DNA of 64,000 nt from Rhynchobatus australiae (taxonomy: Eukaryota). Shown here piece by piece: positions 1-13,915 of this stretch. The stretch covers positions 19,897,717 to 19,961,716 of the forward strand of contig JAUZTB010000076.1 in NCBI GenBank assembly GCA_034780895.1, given 5' to 3'. A model generated the notes under the pieces. That model had not been told where the DNA came from. It made no database searches and worked only from the letters and a program-made list of their open reading frames with translations. Made by a program: the position numbers and the translations under genes. Position 1 is the first letter of the stretch. Every line of letters starts with the position of its first letter.

Positions 1-48
1 ACAGTGGAGCTAGCCACATATTCTGTCCGGACATTTGCACTTTATAAG
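1..48 (+). CDS. PTPRF: PTPRF coding exon (5'-truncated by window), PTP D1
   Basis: Translates TVELATYSVRTFALYK, then GT donor at 49; joins the next exon (NGSSEKRE) in phase 0. Confidence 0.9.
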
Positions 49-379
49 GTACAACTGTTTTGTATGTTCTCTGTGTGATTCTGTTTTTATATGTGTTCAA
101 AGTTAGAAATGATCAGCAAGAGGAACTTCCTCTAATCTACTTCTCATTGCACTTGATTTATGGATTAATGAGGATTTAAAGGAAACTTTGATCCTTATGG
201 CCTATTCAGCAGCTGAATAGAAATGCTTATTCTGTTTGCTTTCAAGTAATGCATATGAAGAAAGGTTACAGTCCCTGAACATAGGATAGGCTCAATATTT
301 TATAGCTTTATTGTCATATAGACATGCTTTTAGAGAGATTTGTTCACAATTCAACTTAAAAATCCTCTTTCCTCAACAG

Positions 380-534
380 AATGGTTCAAGTGAGAAGCGG
401 GAAGTGCGACAGTTCCAGTTCATGGCTTGGCCAGACCATGGTGTTCCAGAATACCCTACTCCAATATTGGCCTTCTTGAGGAGAGTTAAAGCGTGCAATC
501 CACCGGATGCTGGTCCTATGGTGGTTCACTGCAG
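380..534 (+). CDS. PTPRF: PTPRF exon, D1 WPD loop to HC
   Basis: cag|AAT...TGCAG|gt, 155 bp; [28 protein letters not shown]...PMVVHC. Confidence 0.96.
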
Positions 535-2250
535 GTCTGCAAATCTGAAATAGTTATAGAATTTTCTTATTCACAGGATGTTATAAAATGAGGTGAATAA
601 TATGGATGTTCAATGTTTGAGAACTTGCAATGTAACCATATAGGATTGGAGCCATTTGAGTTTCATGGTAACTTCTTTGGAATTTGGCATTTTCTGAGAA
701 AAATCAGACCTTCAGCCTTACAATTACAGCAGTCTTTTTTCTTTAGTTTTACTCCATGCTCTAATGATAGACATTGACAATGAGGGATATTAAGATCTAT
801 GAATGTAAACAGGAGCTCTCATTTACATTATATGCAGCCTGCAATCCCAGCCATCAGGCTTTGATAATTAAAGGCAGCACAATACAGGGAAGTGGATGAC
901 AGTAGAGGGAGAAAGTACTGAATGGTAATGGAAGTTTAAAAGGTGGTATGGGCTGAGAGAAAGTGGCTATATAGTGCTTTGCAATGGAGGCTTAACTGTG
1001 GTAGGACCACGGGATTGGTATTGGAGGATCAGTGTTCATCATGGTGATTAGATGTTTGTGTAAAAAGTTAGGAATTGGTCTGAATTGTTGTAGAGTGAAC
1101 TTGCAGTCTAGTTTCATCTTTTTAAAATTCAAATGTTACTTCACATTATTTTGAAATCAAAAACCTGGTAATAGCAAAATACGATCTTACATAAAAATAC
1201 ATCATAGTGCAGCATGAATTTTGTGATTACAACATCTAATTTTCTCATCATTCTGTCCACTTTTTCTCTCCAATGCAAGAAACATAATATTTTATATCCT
1301 TACAGCTTAAGTTGCAAACTTCTTTGTTCAGTACATTCTTAAATTGTCACCTGGGGGCTCATTGGTTTTCACTGGTTTTCTAGATTGGTGTGTTGGCTTA
1401 TTTAAATAAGAAGTACTGAACAGACTATTTTATTGAGAATCTGTTTGATCCATTTTTTGGGGTTCTTTTTTTACATCTCACAGCCTTGGCATTAAGAACC
1501 TTGGGATTTTATTTAACTTTTAATCTTTGATGGTATTGTGCACATTAAATCCGATCAAGTGATTAACACAGCTGTATAATACTGCACTTTTATTTTTAAA
1601 TTTATTGTACTAAGATCTTATGTTGCTGCAGTGGATTAATTAATCACTTGTTTCCGTGGTATTTTTTTTGGAATTGAGTTCAAATTAGGTGCTCACCAAG
1701 AGAGGGAGCAAAAACAAAGATCAAATTATCCAGGGCTGTGCTTTGTACCTGTTACTCCCAATTGCAAAGGGGAATCCTAGTACAAGGGTGCTTCTATTAT
1801 AATCACAAAGTAGTCCATAGCACGTGGAGAAAGTCTACAAAAAACTGAGAAGAGCTAGTTAGGTAAAATGGTTCCATGCTGTAAAAAAAACACTGTAAAA
1901 TACTGAAGAAGCACAAACTTTTCACTTCTTTCTTTGGTACTTTATTTCATTGCAAAATTGATGTTCTTATTGATGATAGAGAGGAGAATTATTAAAATGC
2001 CAATCATTTGTTTGCATAGATTCAAGCATATAGAATTCCCATCCTAAGGAGGTTTGAAAATAAATTCCAAGTTAATATTCCTGCTTACTAATGCATAGTT
2101 AGAATCACTTTGCTAAAATAAAGGAGATTGCTTACACGTTTTTGGAAAATGCACATCGCTAGCAAATCTGGCACCTATTATCCAGCCTGGTATCCCTTGC
2201 TAAGGCGATGGTAAAACTCCTTCTACTGGCCTTGTGTAATTTTTCCTACA

Positions 2251-2352
2251 GATAAGATTAAGATATCTTTATTAGTCACATGTACATTGAAGCACCTTTT
2301 GCATAGCGTGTTCTGGGGGCAGCCCACAAGTGTCACCACGCTTCCGGCGCCA
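2251..2352 (-). mobile_element. SINE 3' tail fragment (same family as 7881-7993 and 40700-40925)
   Basis: Shares TGTTCTGGGGGCAGCCC.CAAGTGTCACCAC.CTTCC.GCGCCA with the other copies. Confidence 0.65.
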
Positions 2353-2669
2353 ATATGCCTGACAAGTCCTATAGCTCTGCATTTCATGCCATTTGTGTTC
2401 TCACTCTCTAACGTCCCAAAACTTTAATTTTCCTTTGTTTAGTTTATTTTTCTTTAACTGCTCCTATTAATCCATTGACAGATATTGCCTGAACTGCTGA
2501 GAGTTTACAGCATTTTTTGTTTTATTTCACCTTTTTGAGCTGTCTTTCAAATAAGATTAGAAATATTCTGCCTTCATAGGAGTATTCAGCTCTGCATGGC
2601 GCACATGCTATTGAAAGTCTCATCCATGCCTTTGTAACTTCAAGACATGATTATTCCCAGCCAGCCTTA

Positions 2670-3235
2670 AAAACGCTCACTAAAACTAAAGTAATCCAAA
2701 ACTCTGCTGTTGTTATCCCATCCCTGTGTATTTGACCATTATTGGCTTCCAAACAAGCAATACTTCAATTAAATTGACATTCTATGTTTTTAAAATCACT
2801 GAACCTCTCCCTATTATTCTGTAATCTCCTTCAGCTTGACAACTCTCAGATGTCTGTATCCCTTTGATCATCCCCAAATTTAATTACTCCACCATTGCCA
2901 GCTGTGCGTGTCTTTGGCTAATAAGGCCTCCCCACCTCTCTGTCCCTCATTCCCTCTTCAAGACATTTCTTAAAACCACTCCTTTGGCCATGCCTATGAA
3001 TGTCTGCCCTGATGTCTTTGTGTGTGGCTCGGTATNNNNNNNNNNNNNNNNNNNNNNNNNNNNNNNNNNNNNNNNNNNNNNNNNNNNNNNNNNNNNNNNN
3101 NNNNNNNNNNNNNNNNNNNNNNNNNNNNNNNNNNNGGCTCGGTATCAAATTTTGTTTGGTAGCATTCCTGGGAGGTGCCTTGAGGCGCTTTGCTAAGTTA
3201 AAGGCTCCATTAGAAACAAGTCATAGTTGTTTGAG
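2670..3235 (+). mobile_element. L2-like LINE 3' end, degenerate
   Basis: Decayed HWLP/FKTxLKT-type C-terminus and tail GCCTTGAGGCGCTTTGCTAAGTTAAAGGC...GTTGTT. Confidence 0.55.
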
Positions 3236-3394
3236 TTAAAAAGAATACTACTACAGAGCCAAGGCTGACATCTTAAATACTCTTGTAGTCTTTGAAACTG
3301 TTTACAGAGGTTGGACTCCTTTCAAAGAATGAAAACAACTATTCTTCCTAAAGACAATTTAGTGTTTCATGTTGACTTTCCTTCTTTTTCATAG

Positions 3395-3680
3395 TGCTGG
3401 GGTGGGTCGAACTGGCTGCTTTGTCGTGATCGATGCCATGCTAGAACGAATTAAACATGAAAAGACAGTTGATATCTATGGTCATGTCACCTGCATGAGA
3501 GCACAGCGAAATTACATGGTGCAGACAGAAGATCAGTATATCTTCATTCACGAGGCCCTCCTCGAGGCAGCAACATGTGGAAATACAGAAGTTCCGGCAA
3601 GAAGTCTCTTTGCCCACATACAGAAATTGGGTCAGGTTCCACCAGCAGAGACGGTTACAGCCATGGAGCTAGAATTCAAG
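3395..3680 (+). CDS. PTPRF: PTPRF exon, D1 P-loop (SAGVGRTG), Q-loop and D1-D2 linker
   Basis: tag|T GCT GGG...TTCAAG|gttagt, 286 bp; completes [25 protein letters not shown]. Confidence 0.96.
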
Positions 3681-5320
3681 GTTAGTACTGCAGCCAGCAT
3701 ACAGCATTCGTACTTTGAAATTATAGTTAGTTCAGTCTGTGCACGCAACCATTGAAATTAGTCTTCGGGTATTTTTGAAAATATTAAATGCATGTTATTT
3801 TCTAATTTATATCCTTTTCTGTTAGATCTAATTGATATTTAGCTAAAAAGGCTTCATTCATTCTGAGATTATTTCCTTCCCTACTTTCTTTGCACATCTC
3901 TGTGATGGTATGGGAAGACCAAGAAAGTAACAAAGTGAGTTATTAAACAGGCACCATGCTGGAGTTGGTTCTGGATGTGTCATTCTGCTTGATATATAAA
4001 AAGAATTTCAAAAAGAAAATAATTCTAGCATCACAGAAATATCAGTACAAAAGCTAGCTACCTAATGCCACAATTTATACAGATTAAGTTGGAGCTATTA
4101 TTTATTTTTATCCATTTTCAAATAACATTTTATTTTCCTAACTCTCCTTGTATTGGATCATTTGATTCAGTTTACAGTTGTGATAATACTTTCCATTTTT
4201 AAAAATCTGCAAAAAGAATGTCCAGCCTCCACCTTTGTGCTTCTTTTACAACCTGAATTTATGTCCTTTAGTAATTCACAAACCACTTGAGATAATCCCT
4301 CAAAATTTCGCATTCCATTCACATTCAATCTTTTTAACATTTATAAAAGCTTTCCCCCCCCTTAATAGTTTATAATCCACTTACTTTGGTGTTGGTATTG
4401 GTTTATTATTGTCACCTGTACTGAAGTACAAGTCTTTTCCAATCTTGGCATTATCCTAGTGAATCTAAAATCCTTTTACCCTGGTATCAAGTAATTATTT
4501 GCATCTTGATTCCCAAAGTGTGAGTTTACCAAGCTGAATCTAAAGTTTCCAGGAATAAATAAGAATGGCAGCCTGGATACTTTTCAAATATAGGGAGAGC
4601 ATTTTCTACACATAAAGGTACAACTACATTCACTAGATAGCAGCTAACTTATCAGAAATAGGATAAAGACATCTTGTCACATGATATTATGTTATATTGT
4701 GAGAGTCCAATGTATGCAAAATACCGAAGTAGTATTGAAGGAATCATCAATTAGCCCAATAGACTTTAAACATATTATCTGCATTGTATTTTTGTATTTA
4801 GCCCTTTTAAAAATATGTTTTTACATGTAATCACGTATGAGTAACTCTTGAAGGAATGTGAATCAGCATAGTATGGAGAAGTAAGAGGTTGAATTTCAAT
4901 AGGATGNNNNNNNNNNNNNNNNNNNNNNNNNNNNNNNNNNNNNNNNNNNNNNNNNNNCATGCCACTATGGACTAATGGTGCTGAACTGATGGCTTGGATC
5001 AAAGTGGAGAGTCAGAGCAATGCTTCCTCAACAAATTATTTAGCAAAGAGCTGAATAGAAACTTACTTTTCTGCTGTTCTCCACCAGTAGTTTATTGAAA
5101 ATGTTGCACTCTCTAACTCTTCCTTCTGTATAACAGATGAAGTCGTGCAGTAGAAAATTCATTTGGATACTAATCAGTATAGTCTCAGTGAAATAGTAGT
5201 TTGTAATGTTTCAGTGGTCAGTGACCTTTGATATTATTGAAACATCGAAAACAATGCCTTAAGCCTTTGCAGAATTCCCCACCAAAGAGACCTCTGAAAA
5301 CTCAGCTACTGAGTTTATTC

Positions 5321-5957
5321 AACATACAATAGTGCAGCAGCAGGAACAGGTCCTTTGGTCCAACAAGTCTCTGCCATCCATGATGCCAATCTAACTAATT
5401 CAAACTGCCTGCACATAATCAGTATCCCTCTATTTTGTGCATGTTTATACGTCTGTCTAAATGCCTCTTAAACATTGCTTTTGTATCTGTTACTACAACC
5501 TCCCTGGCAGCACATTCCAGGCACTGCTGCTCTCCATGTAATAAAAGCTTGCCTCATAAATCTCCTTTAAACTTCCCCCTTCTCATCTTAAACCTATGCC
5601 CTCTAGTTCCACCCTGGGAAAAAGACTCTGACTATCTACTCCATCTACCCCTCTCATAATTTTATATACTAATATCAGGTCTCCCCTCAGGCTCTGACAC
5701 CCCAGAGAAACCAATCTAAGTTTGTCCAATCTCTCCCTATAGCTGATTTGCTCCCATTCAGGCAACCTCTTTTGTGCCCTCTCCAAAGCCTCCGCATCCT
5801 TCTTATAGTGTGGCAGCCAGAACTGCACACAGTACTCCAACTGTGGTCTAACCAAAGTTTTATACAACTGCAACATTTCTTGCCAGATTTTATATTCAGT
5901 GCCCTGATGGATAAAGGCAAGTATGCTGTACGCCTTTTTTACCACCCTATCCACTTG
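5321..5957 (-). mobile_element. CR1 LINE, ORF2 C-terminus plus 3'UTR
   Basis: ORF 5583-5954: KKAYSILAFI...LYKTLVRPQLEYCVQFWLPHYKKD...LRGDLI. Confidence 0.9.
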
Positions 5958-6725
5958 TATTGGTATTGATATATTATTGTCACTTGTACCAAGGTGCAGT
6001 GAAAAACTTGCCTTGCATACGGTTCGTACAGATCAATTCATTACACAGTGCATTGAGGTAGTACAGGGTTAAAACAATAACAGAATGCAGAGTAAAGTGT
6101 CACAGTTATAGGGAAGTGCATTGCAGGCAGACGATAAGGTGCAAGGTTATAACAAGGTAGATTGTGAGGTCAAGAGTCCATCTCATCGTCTAAGGGAACC
6201 ATTCAACAGTNNNNNNNNNNNNNNNNNNNNNNNNNNNNNNNNNNNNNNNNNNNNNNNNNNNNNNNNNNNNNNNNNNNNNNNNNNNNNNNNNNNNNNNNNN
6301 NNNNNNNNNNNNNNNNNNNCTTTGATTATGCTGGGTGCTTCACCAAGGCAGCGAGAGGTATAGAGAGATTCCATGGAGGGGAGGCTGGTTTCTGTGATAT
6401 GCTGGGCTGTGTCCACAACACTCAGTCGTTTCTTGCAGTCCTGGGCAGAGCAGTTGCCATACCAAGCCATGATGCATCCAGGTGGGATACTTTCTATGGT
6501 GCATAAATAAAAGTTGGTGAGTGTCAAAGAGGACATGTCAAATTTCTTCCGCCTCCTGAGGAAATAGAGACGCTGGTGAGTTTTCTTGGTCATGGCATCT
6601 ACGTGGTTGGACCAGGATAGGCTATTGGTGATGCTCACTCCAAGGAACTTGAAGCTCTCAACCCTCTCGACCTCAGCACCATTGATGTAGACAGGTGAAT
6701 GTACACTGTCCACTTTCCTGAAGTC
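5958..6725 (-). mobile_element. Rex1/Babar-type LINE 3' fragment
   Basis: INGAEVERVESFKFLGVSITNSLSWSNH...QRLYFLRR...LTNFY.CTIESI...WYGNC; short-repeat tail at ~5958; tail-only copy at ~4388-4430. Confidence 0.8.
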
Positions 6726-6729
6726 ATAG

Positions 6730-7300
6730 CTATTCATAGCTATCTTAAAACTTATGGAATAATATCACCATTCCAAAAGTGCTCCCCCACTGAAACTCCA
6801 AATACCTGGCCAAGCTCATCCCTGGTCGGGCTATCTACATAGTGTTTCAAGGAACCCTCCTGGATACACCTAATAAATTTTGAACCATTTAAGCCCCTGG
6901 CACTAAATCAAAGCATATATAAGGTTTAGGAAGCTTAAGTCCCAGTCAATATTGGGGAAGTGAAAATCATGCACCACAACAATCCTGTTGTTTTTATATC
7001 TATCCATGATCTGTCTACATCTCTGTTCTTCTATCTCCCACTGGCTATTGGGAGTTCTAGAGTACAACAATATCATAGTGAGTACACCTTTCTTATTCCT
7101 GAGCTCTGCCCACATGACCTCGTCGGATGAGCGTCAAGATGTCCAAGTGCAGTTGTGACATTCTCGCCAATGAATAATGCAACTCCTCCATCTCTGTTAT
7201 GTCTCTCTGTCACGTCTGAAATGTTTAAAGCCTGGATTGTTGAGCTGTCATTCCTGCCCCTCTCGCAATCAAGTTTCTGTAATGGCTACAGCATCATAGC
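6730..7300 (-). mobile_element. CR1 APE endonuclease-region fragment
   Basis: WAELRNKKG...RTPNSQ.EIEEQ.CRQI...DFHFPNIDWD. Confidence 0.8.
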
Positions 7301-7880
7301 TAAAGATGGAGATCAATAGATTTTTGGATATTAAGGAAATCAAGAATTCTGGGGTTAATATAGGAAAGTAGCACTGAAGCAGAAGATCAGTTATGATCGA
7401 ATTGAATGACAGAGCAGGCACAAGAGTCGAAGGGCCCCTACCCTGCTTTATTTTTCATCTTATTCAGTAAATTCTTTTATAATTATTTTCTGTGTTTTTA
7501 ACGTTGTTCAGATTTGAAATATGCCTGCTAATAAACTTGCAGAATGCTTGTGTAATTGACAAAATAATTGTGTGTTAGTACATTTTGATAAGAATAAAGA
7601 GGCCATATGCTGCTTCAGAATTAAGTGCCTAAATCAGGGAGAGGAACAAAGGAATCTGGAGGTAGAAATACACAATTCACTAAAATAGTTGCACAGGAAA
7701 ATAAGGCCATTTTAAAAAATACTGGAATTAATGTCTGGAGGAAAGAAATTGAAAAGCAGAGAAATGAAATTAAATTTACATGGAACCTCTGTCACATCAT
7801 ACTTTGAAGTGTGTAAGTTCTTAAATTATAAATTTACTATAAATATTATAAAAATACATCAATATTGTAAAAAGTCATAC

Positions 7881-7993
7881 TAAGATAAGATTTCTTTACT
7901 AGTCACATGTGCATCGAAACACACACTGAAATGCATATTTTGTATAGAGTGTTCTGGGCGCAGCCCGCAAGTGTCACCATGCTTCCAATGCCA
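7881..7993 (-). mobile_element. SINE 3' tail fragment
   Basis: Clear similarity to 2251-2352. Confidence 0.65.
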
Positions 7994-8889
7994 TACTGTT
8001 ATTTAAAAAACAGTATGATTCCAAAAATGAGAATTATTCCAACTGGAAAGATTTAATAGGCTGACACGCTTATCTTAAGGACAGAAGAGACTGAGGAGGA
8101 ATCTGAGAGAAATCTTCAAGATTTGGAAAGAGAGAAGCTGTTTCCACTTATAACTTACAGTAGCTCAAGGGATCATGAATAAATCCAATGGGGAATTCTT
8201 GGAAAACTTCATTATCCAGGATCGGTTAAGGTGAACAGCATAGATACGTTTATGGAGAAACTAGTTAAACAAATGAGGAAGAAAGGAGTAGATATAGAAA
8301 TAGATGGGAGAAAACCTTGTGGGCTTGATAAATTGAATATTCAGTTTCTGAATTATAAATGCTATGTATCATTACAATAGTCAAATATTTTTTTATTTTA
8401 AACTGCTTGGCAATCTTGATTAAGAATTGAAGAGATTAATTGAAAACAAACTCAAATATTAAAGACAATCATCTTTCCACAATGCCTTCATGATAACCAA
8501 ACACAACTCACTGGGTTTGCAGATGCTTTTGGGTGTGAGATCCAGTTTCAAGGCTGCTTTTGAATTCTCAGCTTTTTTTACAACTGCTGTTTAAGTTTAT
8601 AAATTGATATGAATGTCAGTGCCTCAGCTGAGCAATCAAGGTGCAATATATGAGTACAGACTGTTGTATGACTCCAGTCACTTGGATCCTGCTGTTGCTG
8701 TGTTGTTTCAAAAAGAAGCACTAGACCGGTGATACCTTTCATTGAAATAATTGCCTCATAAAATATGCTTGTGGAAAAAAACTTCAAAATTCTCTTACTT
8801 TATGAATCTCAAAAATCAGTAATGACTGTCATTCTCTGTCATTCTGATTAATTTTACTTTCTCATATTTAATATAATGAAAAGAAGAAA

Positions 8890-9178
8890 AGACCTCCATT
8901 TGTATGGGACCTTTCATGACTTGTGGACTTTGCTACCAGTGAAGTACACCTAAATTTTTGAAGTCATTAATGCAACGTAGGAAAGGTAGGCAGTCAATTT
9001 ACATAAAGCATCCTTGCACAAATAGCAATGTCATAATCACTGAACAAAATGTTAATTAGCAATGTTAGCTGAGGGATAAATATTGGTAGAGGTAACTCCC
9101 CTGCTGTTCTTTGGAAAGGTGCCATGAAATTTTTTTATGTCCCTCTGAAAGAGCAGATGGCACCACAGGTTTAACATC
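8890..9178 (-). mobile_element. Deu-domain SINE (SacSINE1/AmnSINE-like), degenerate
   Basis: TGTTAGCTGAGGGATAAATATTGG...AACTCCCCTGCT...GTGCCATG...GAGCAGATGG...GGTTTAACATC matches the recalled Deu core in reverse; related copies ~9800-10000(-), ~58385-58530(+), ~61510-61860(-). Confidence 0.6.
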
Positions 9179-9498
9179 NNNNNNNNNNNNNNNNNNNNNN
9201 NNNNNNNNNNNNNNNNNNNNNNNNNNNNNNNNNNNNNNNNNNNNNNNNNNNNNNNNNNNNNNNNNNNNNNNNNNNNNNNNNNNNNNNNNNNNNNNNNNNN
9301 NNNNNNNNNNNNNNNNNNNNNNNNNNNNNNNNNNNNNNNNNNNNNNNNNNNNNNNNNNNNNNNNNNNNNNNNNNNNNNNNNNNNNNNNNNNNNNNNNNNN
9401 NNNNNNNNNNNNNNNNNNNNNNNNNNNNNNNNNTCTGTAAATGTTATGCACACTCATCTCCAGGTAATAGATTAACCCATTTTATTGTTTATTTGCAG

Positions 9499-9677
9499 CG
9501 CCTGGCAAATTCCAAAGCACATACCTCAAGATTTATCAGTGCCAATCTCCCATGTAACAAGTTTAAAAACCGTCTTGTGAACATCATGCCATATGAATCC
9601 ACTCGAGTCTGCTTGCAACCAATCCGAGGAGTTGAGGGCTCTGATTACATTAATGCCAGCTTCATTGATGGATACAG
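9499..9677 (+). CDS. PTPRF: PTPRF exon, start of D2 (KNRL motif)
   Basis: cag|CGC...TACAG|gta, 179 bp; [33 protein letters not shown]...[11 protein letters not shown]. Confidence 0.96.
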
Positions 9678-12600
9678 GTACTACATCCCCTTGTAAAATT
9701 GTGACTAAACTAGTGGTTCATTGTTTTCTTTTGTCTTCAATCTTATAAGAAGAACAGAACTAGCAATAATACTGGGTCATTTTCCACCTTAGCAGATGTT
9801 GAAATGCTTTGCTGCGATGAAATACTTTGAAGTGCAGCTCCCATTGTACAATAAGGAATTACTGCAGCCAACCTCAAGCACAAATAGAAATAAAATAAAT
9901 GAATAAAAATCTGTTTCAGTGATTTTGCTAAAGGAATAATTTTTAATCAGAATGTTTGGGAAAACTTATTTACTCTTCTTTGGATCATGCCAAATGATTA
10001 CATCATAAGCACATAAGAAATTAAGCTGTAGACCATACAGACCCGAGGCTTACAACACGATTCAATAAAATCATAGCTTACTCTGTACCTCAAGATGGAA
10101 CAACAGATCATTATGCACAGAAGGAGACTATTCAGTCCATCATATCCATGACAGTTCACTGTGGAGCAGTCCTGTCAGTCCCTTCCTCACTCCTTCCCCA
10201 TGGGCATGTAAATTATTTTTCTACAAGCACCAGTTCCTTTTTGAAGCTGTTTCCTGTTCCATCACTTACCCACAGAAAGTTCCAGCTCACATATAACTTC
10301 AGTGTAAAAAAATATTCCACCCAAAACATTATACTGGTGCCCTTGAACCAGCTGCTATTGAAACAATTTCCTTCTGTTTGCACTATCTAAAATCATGTTG
10401 ATATAACGCATGTCCTCTCAGTCATTCCTGCTAGGAAACTAACCCCAGTTTCTCTAGTCTAACTTAGTAGCTGAAATCCCTCATTTTAGACTTTAGTGTT
10501 CTGAATAGGTAAGAACACTCTCTCTATTTCAAGGACATGAAAATGTTGATTGTGCCAGAATTATACCAATGTGTGATGTGACTGGGTTGGTAGCATTCTC
10601 ACCTCTTTGTCAGAAGGTTGAGGGTTCAAGTCCTGCCTCAGAGATAACACTTTTTATTTGAACATCAGGGCTCTACAGAGGTACAACTTAGGACATTACA
10701 TCGATTACCTTTACTTCAGTGTCAATNNNNNNNNNNNNNNNNNNNNNNNNNNNNNNNNNNNNNNNNNNNNNNNNNNNNNNNNNNNNNNNNNNNNNNNNNN
10801 NNNNNNNNNNNNNNNNNNNNNNNNNNTGTACATAGAAAGGAACAGAAGAAACCCAACTCTAATAATGTAGAAATATTGTACTATATATATTGTCAGATCA
10901 AGTTTTATATGCTAGTTTTACTTATGTAGTAATCCCAGTTCTATGGAGATCAATACTGTTGTACTGGGAATATTTACATATTTGCAAAACCACAGGAGTG
11001 TACAATGCAATAAATAAGGAGAAGCACTCATCCAAGTGTTATTCATGGGCAGACAGTTTGACAAAGAAAACATGACAACTGAGAATTCTATTCTAGGTGC
11101 CTCACTGCTGTTTACATTTTACCACCAGCTAGGATTCTGACACTGCAACAATGTGGTTCTTTCCCCCGATGCTTTAGACTAACCAATTACCTGGCCATCT
11201 GTAATGGACACATCACATTTTATAATCGAATATAAATGGTAGAGTTTTAGGTCCCAAATGCAAAGTTAGTTTGAAATAAATTTTAATTTCTGTTGTAAAC
11301 TAGTCCAATATCTGTCTTTGCTGCAACTTTAACAGATATCAGGTGTGTCACAAGTTTTTTAATTATTTCGATTATATAAAGACATGTTATGATAATTTGA
11401 AGTACCTACTTAATAAAGCAGATAATTATGGATGATTAACAAGGAGAAAATTTTTGCTAAAATGGAGGTTGGGCTGATGCCAGTGCTTTTAGTGGAGTTC
11501 TATCACCATCTGGTGGAATAATGCATGAAGTTCAACCATTTAAACTTTTTATCATCATGTCTTTTTCTGATCTTCCTGTATGTTTTTCACGGAAAATGTA
11601 TAAGTTCAATGATCTAGCACCTTGACTTCTAAAATACAAAATCACAAAAATCCATTTAAGAGCTCAGGTTTCGTTGAGGGTAAAATTTGGAAACAGATAT
11701 GAAATCATAAAATTGCATAAAGTCCTGTTGAATTTGTACTTAGAGTGTGGTGCACAGTGCGCCCCAGACAACTTCTAATATCCCCATTGTTTTTAATTTA
11801 CTTCAGTGGCTTCAAACTCAGTGCATTGGTCCAATTTACATTTGACATTAAATTCGAAAAGTGAGTTGATTGAGAGAAGGCAATTCAGGAGCTAGTGGCA
11901 GAANNNNNNNNNNNNGTTTAAAAAATGTAAGTGGATCGAATGATGTCTGATGAGCAAGGGCATACACATACATAGGTCAATGAAGTGACATTCAGTTTTC
12001 CAACCAAAGCAGAACAGCGATCAGTAAAACAAATTGAAGACTGAGCTGTGTGGCTGGAGTAATGGCATACACATCAAAGAAAGTCATGTTCAAATGCTTA
12101 CTGTGCTTTGGGCAGATAAGATCCTGAAAAATGTATTCAGTTTTGGCTACAAAGTGAAGAATTCAGGCTCTCAAGATAGATGTAGAATGAACTGATAAAT
12201 GGCCTGAAGGTTTATGAGAAATGACCCAACAGAGATGTATTAAATGGTAAACAGTATGGTTTGCTTAGATGTAGAAAATTACTTCAAAATAAGCAGAGAA
12301 GAAGAAGAATATGTTCATATTAATAAGAGACGCATTTAACCTGTTGTCAATTAAATGTCTTTAGCATGAGAATGATTACTACATTTCTGAGCAGTTTTAC
12401 ATTTTAGATTAATAGGGATATATTTTGAAAAATCATGCAATGTGTACAAAATGTTACGAGCATTTTAATCTAAAATTATATGAGCANNNNNNNNNNNNNN
12501 NNNNNNNNNNNNNNNNNNNNNNNNNNNNNNNNNNNNNNNNNNNNNNNNNNNNNNNNNNNNNNNNNNNNNNNNNNNNNNNNNNNNNNTATGAGCAAAACAT

Positions 12601-13132
12601 GCCAGTGTTTCTGAGCACTCTGCCCCAGGCACCCATTCAGTGCTTTCAGTGGAAAAGGAGGTACCCTTTCTGATCTTTATACCTTGAAATTGTAGGCTTG
12701 TTTCATTCTTACTGCTGCTAGGTTAATTTTTCTGCTGGATTTGTGTTAAACTTTTCCAGGAGATAGTGGGACAAATCTTGCATTCAGCAGCAACCAGTGT
12801 CAGCTTACCACTGACCTCAGTGAGATGGTTCAGATTTACCTCAAATAGACTCTCCAGCAGAAACTTGTGAAAACAACAGGGGAGATTTTCCATTGCAAGG
12901 CCCTGCATGAAAATAGAGCTTCCCATGCTGTAAGGATCATTGCATGGGTTGCTACAACAATGAATTAATAAAAGTCAGCAGTTAAGTCACACCCTGAGAC
13001 TTAGCTGGAACTACACTGTGGCAAAATTGGAATAATATGCTTGGAGTAGGAGCAAATTTCTTACTTTATTGTTCAGTGGGATGAAAATTATGTGTCATGT
13101 ATTTTTAACTGCTCTACTTCTTCAATAAACAG

Positions 13133-13259
13133 GCAGCAGAAGGCCTACATTGCCACACAGGGACCTCTGGCAGAGACCACAGAAGATTTCTGGCGTATGC
13201 TATGGGAGCACAATTCCACAATTGTAGTAATGCTCACAAAATTGCGAGAAATGGGTCGA
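13133..13259 (+). CDS. PTPRF: PTPRF exon, D2
   Basis: cag|GCAG...CGA|gtaagt, 127 bp; [42 protein letters not shown]. Confidence 0.96.
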
Positions 13260-13915
13260 GTAAGTAATGCGCATCGATTTTATACCCAACTGTACAAACA
13301 ACAAGGGAGATAGTTTGCTGTCCACTTGATAGTTAATAGCCAAGGGTACTAACATTTACAATCCCCCTGGATTGACAACCTGATTAAATTTCCTCCTCAT
13401 AACTTTTAAAAGTATAGTATCTGATGGAAGAAGTTTGAAACTTTAGAGGAATATTGAGAAACTGACACCAATTATTTATGGCCATACTAGTAGACTTTGT
13501 GCAGTTATTGTTTTTATTTGTAGCTATTCTCCAGATCAGTCGACTTTTGCACAGCATCAGTTCCAATTGTTCTACTAACTAGAATGCTATTGTGGCCTCA
13601 CTGCAATGTGAATGTGATGACTTTCTTAAAATAGTTTATTCCAAACAAAGAGACAAATTACTTGTGTCCTTTTTGCAAATACTTGCAAAGACAGGTTGTT
13701 TATCTCAGAAAGATATTGAAGTAGTATGATGCTTCACCGAATCTGACACACCACTGAGGTAACCAAAATATGAAATGTTAACTATGGCTTTGAGAGCAGT
13801 AAATGAGGTGTGGAATGCCACTTGCTTGAAAACAATTTGTTTAATGGTGATATACATAGAGAGCATCCTGTGCATTGTGCTAGGTGTTGCTGATCTGTTG
13901 TTTTGTTGTCACTAG

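Noticed and set aside
10580-10645. tRNA-like sequence with GGTTCAAGTCC B-box
   Set aside because: No convincing cloverleaf or acceptor stem; best explained as a decayed SINE head
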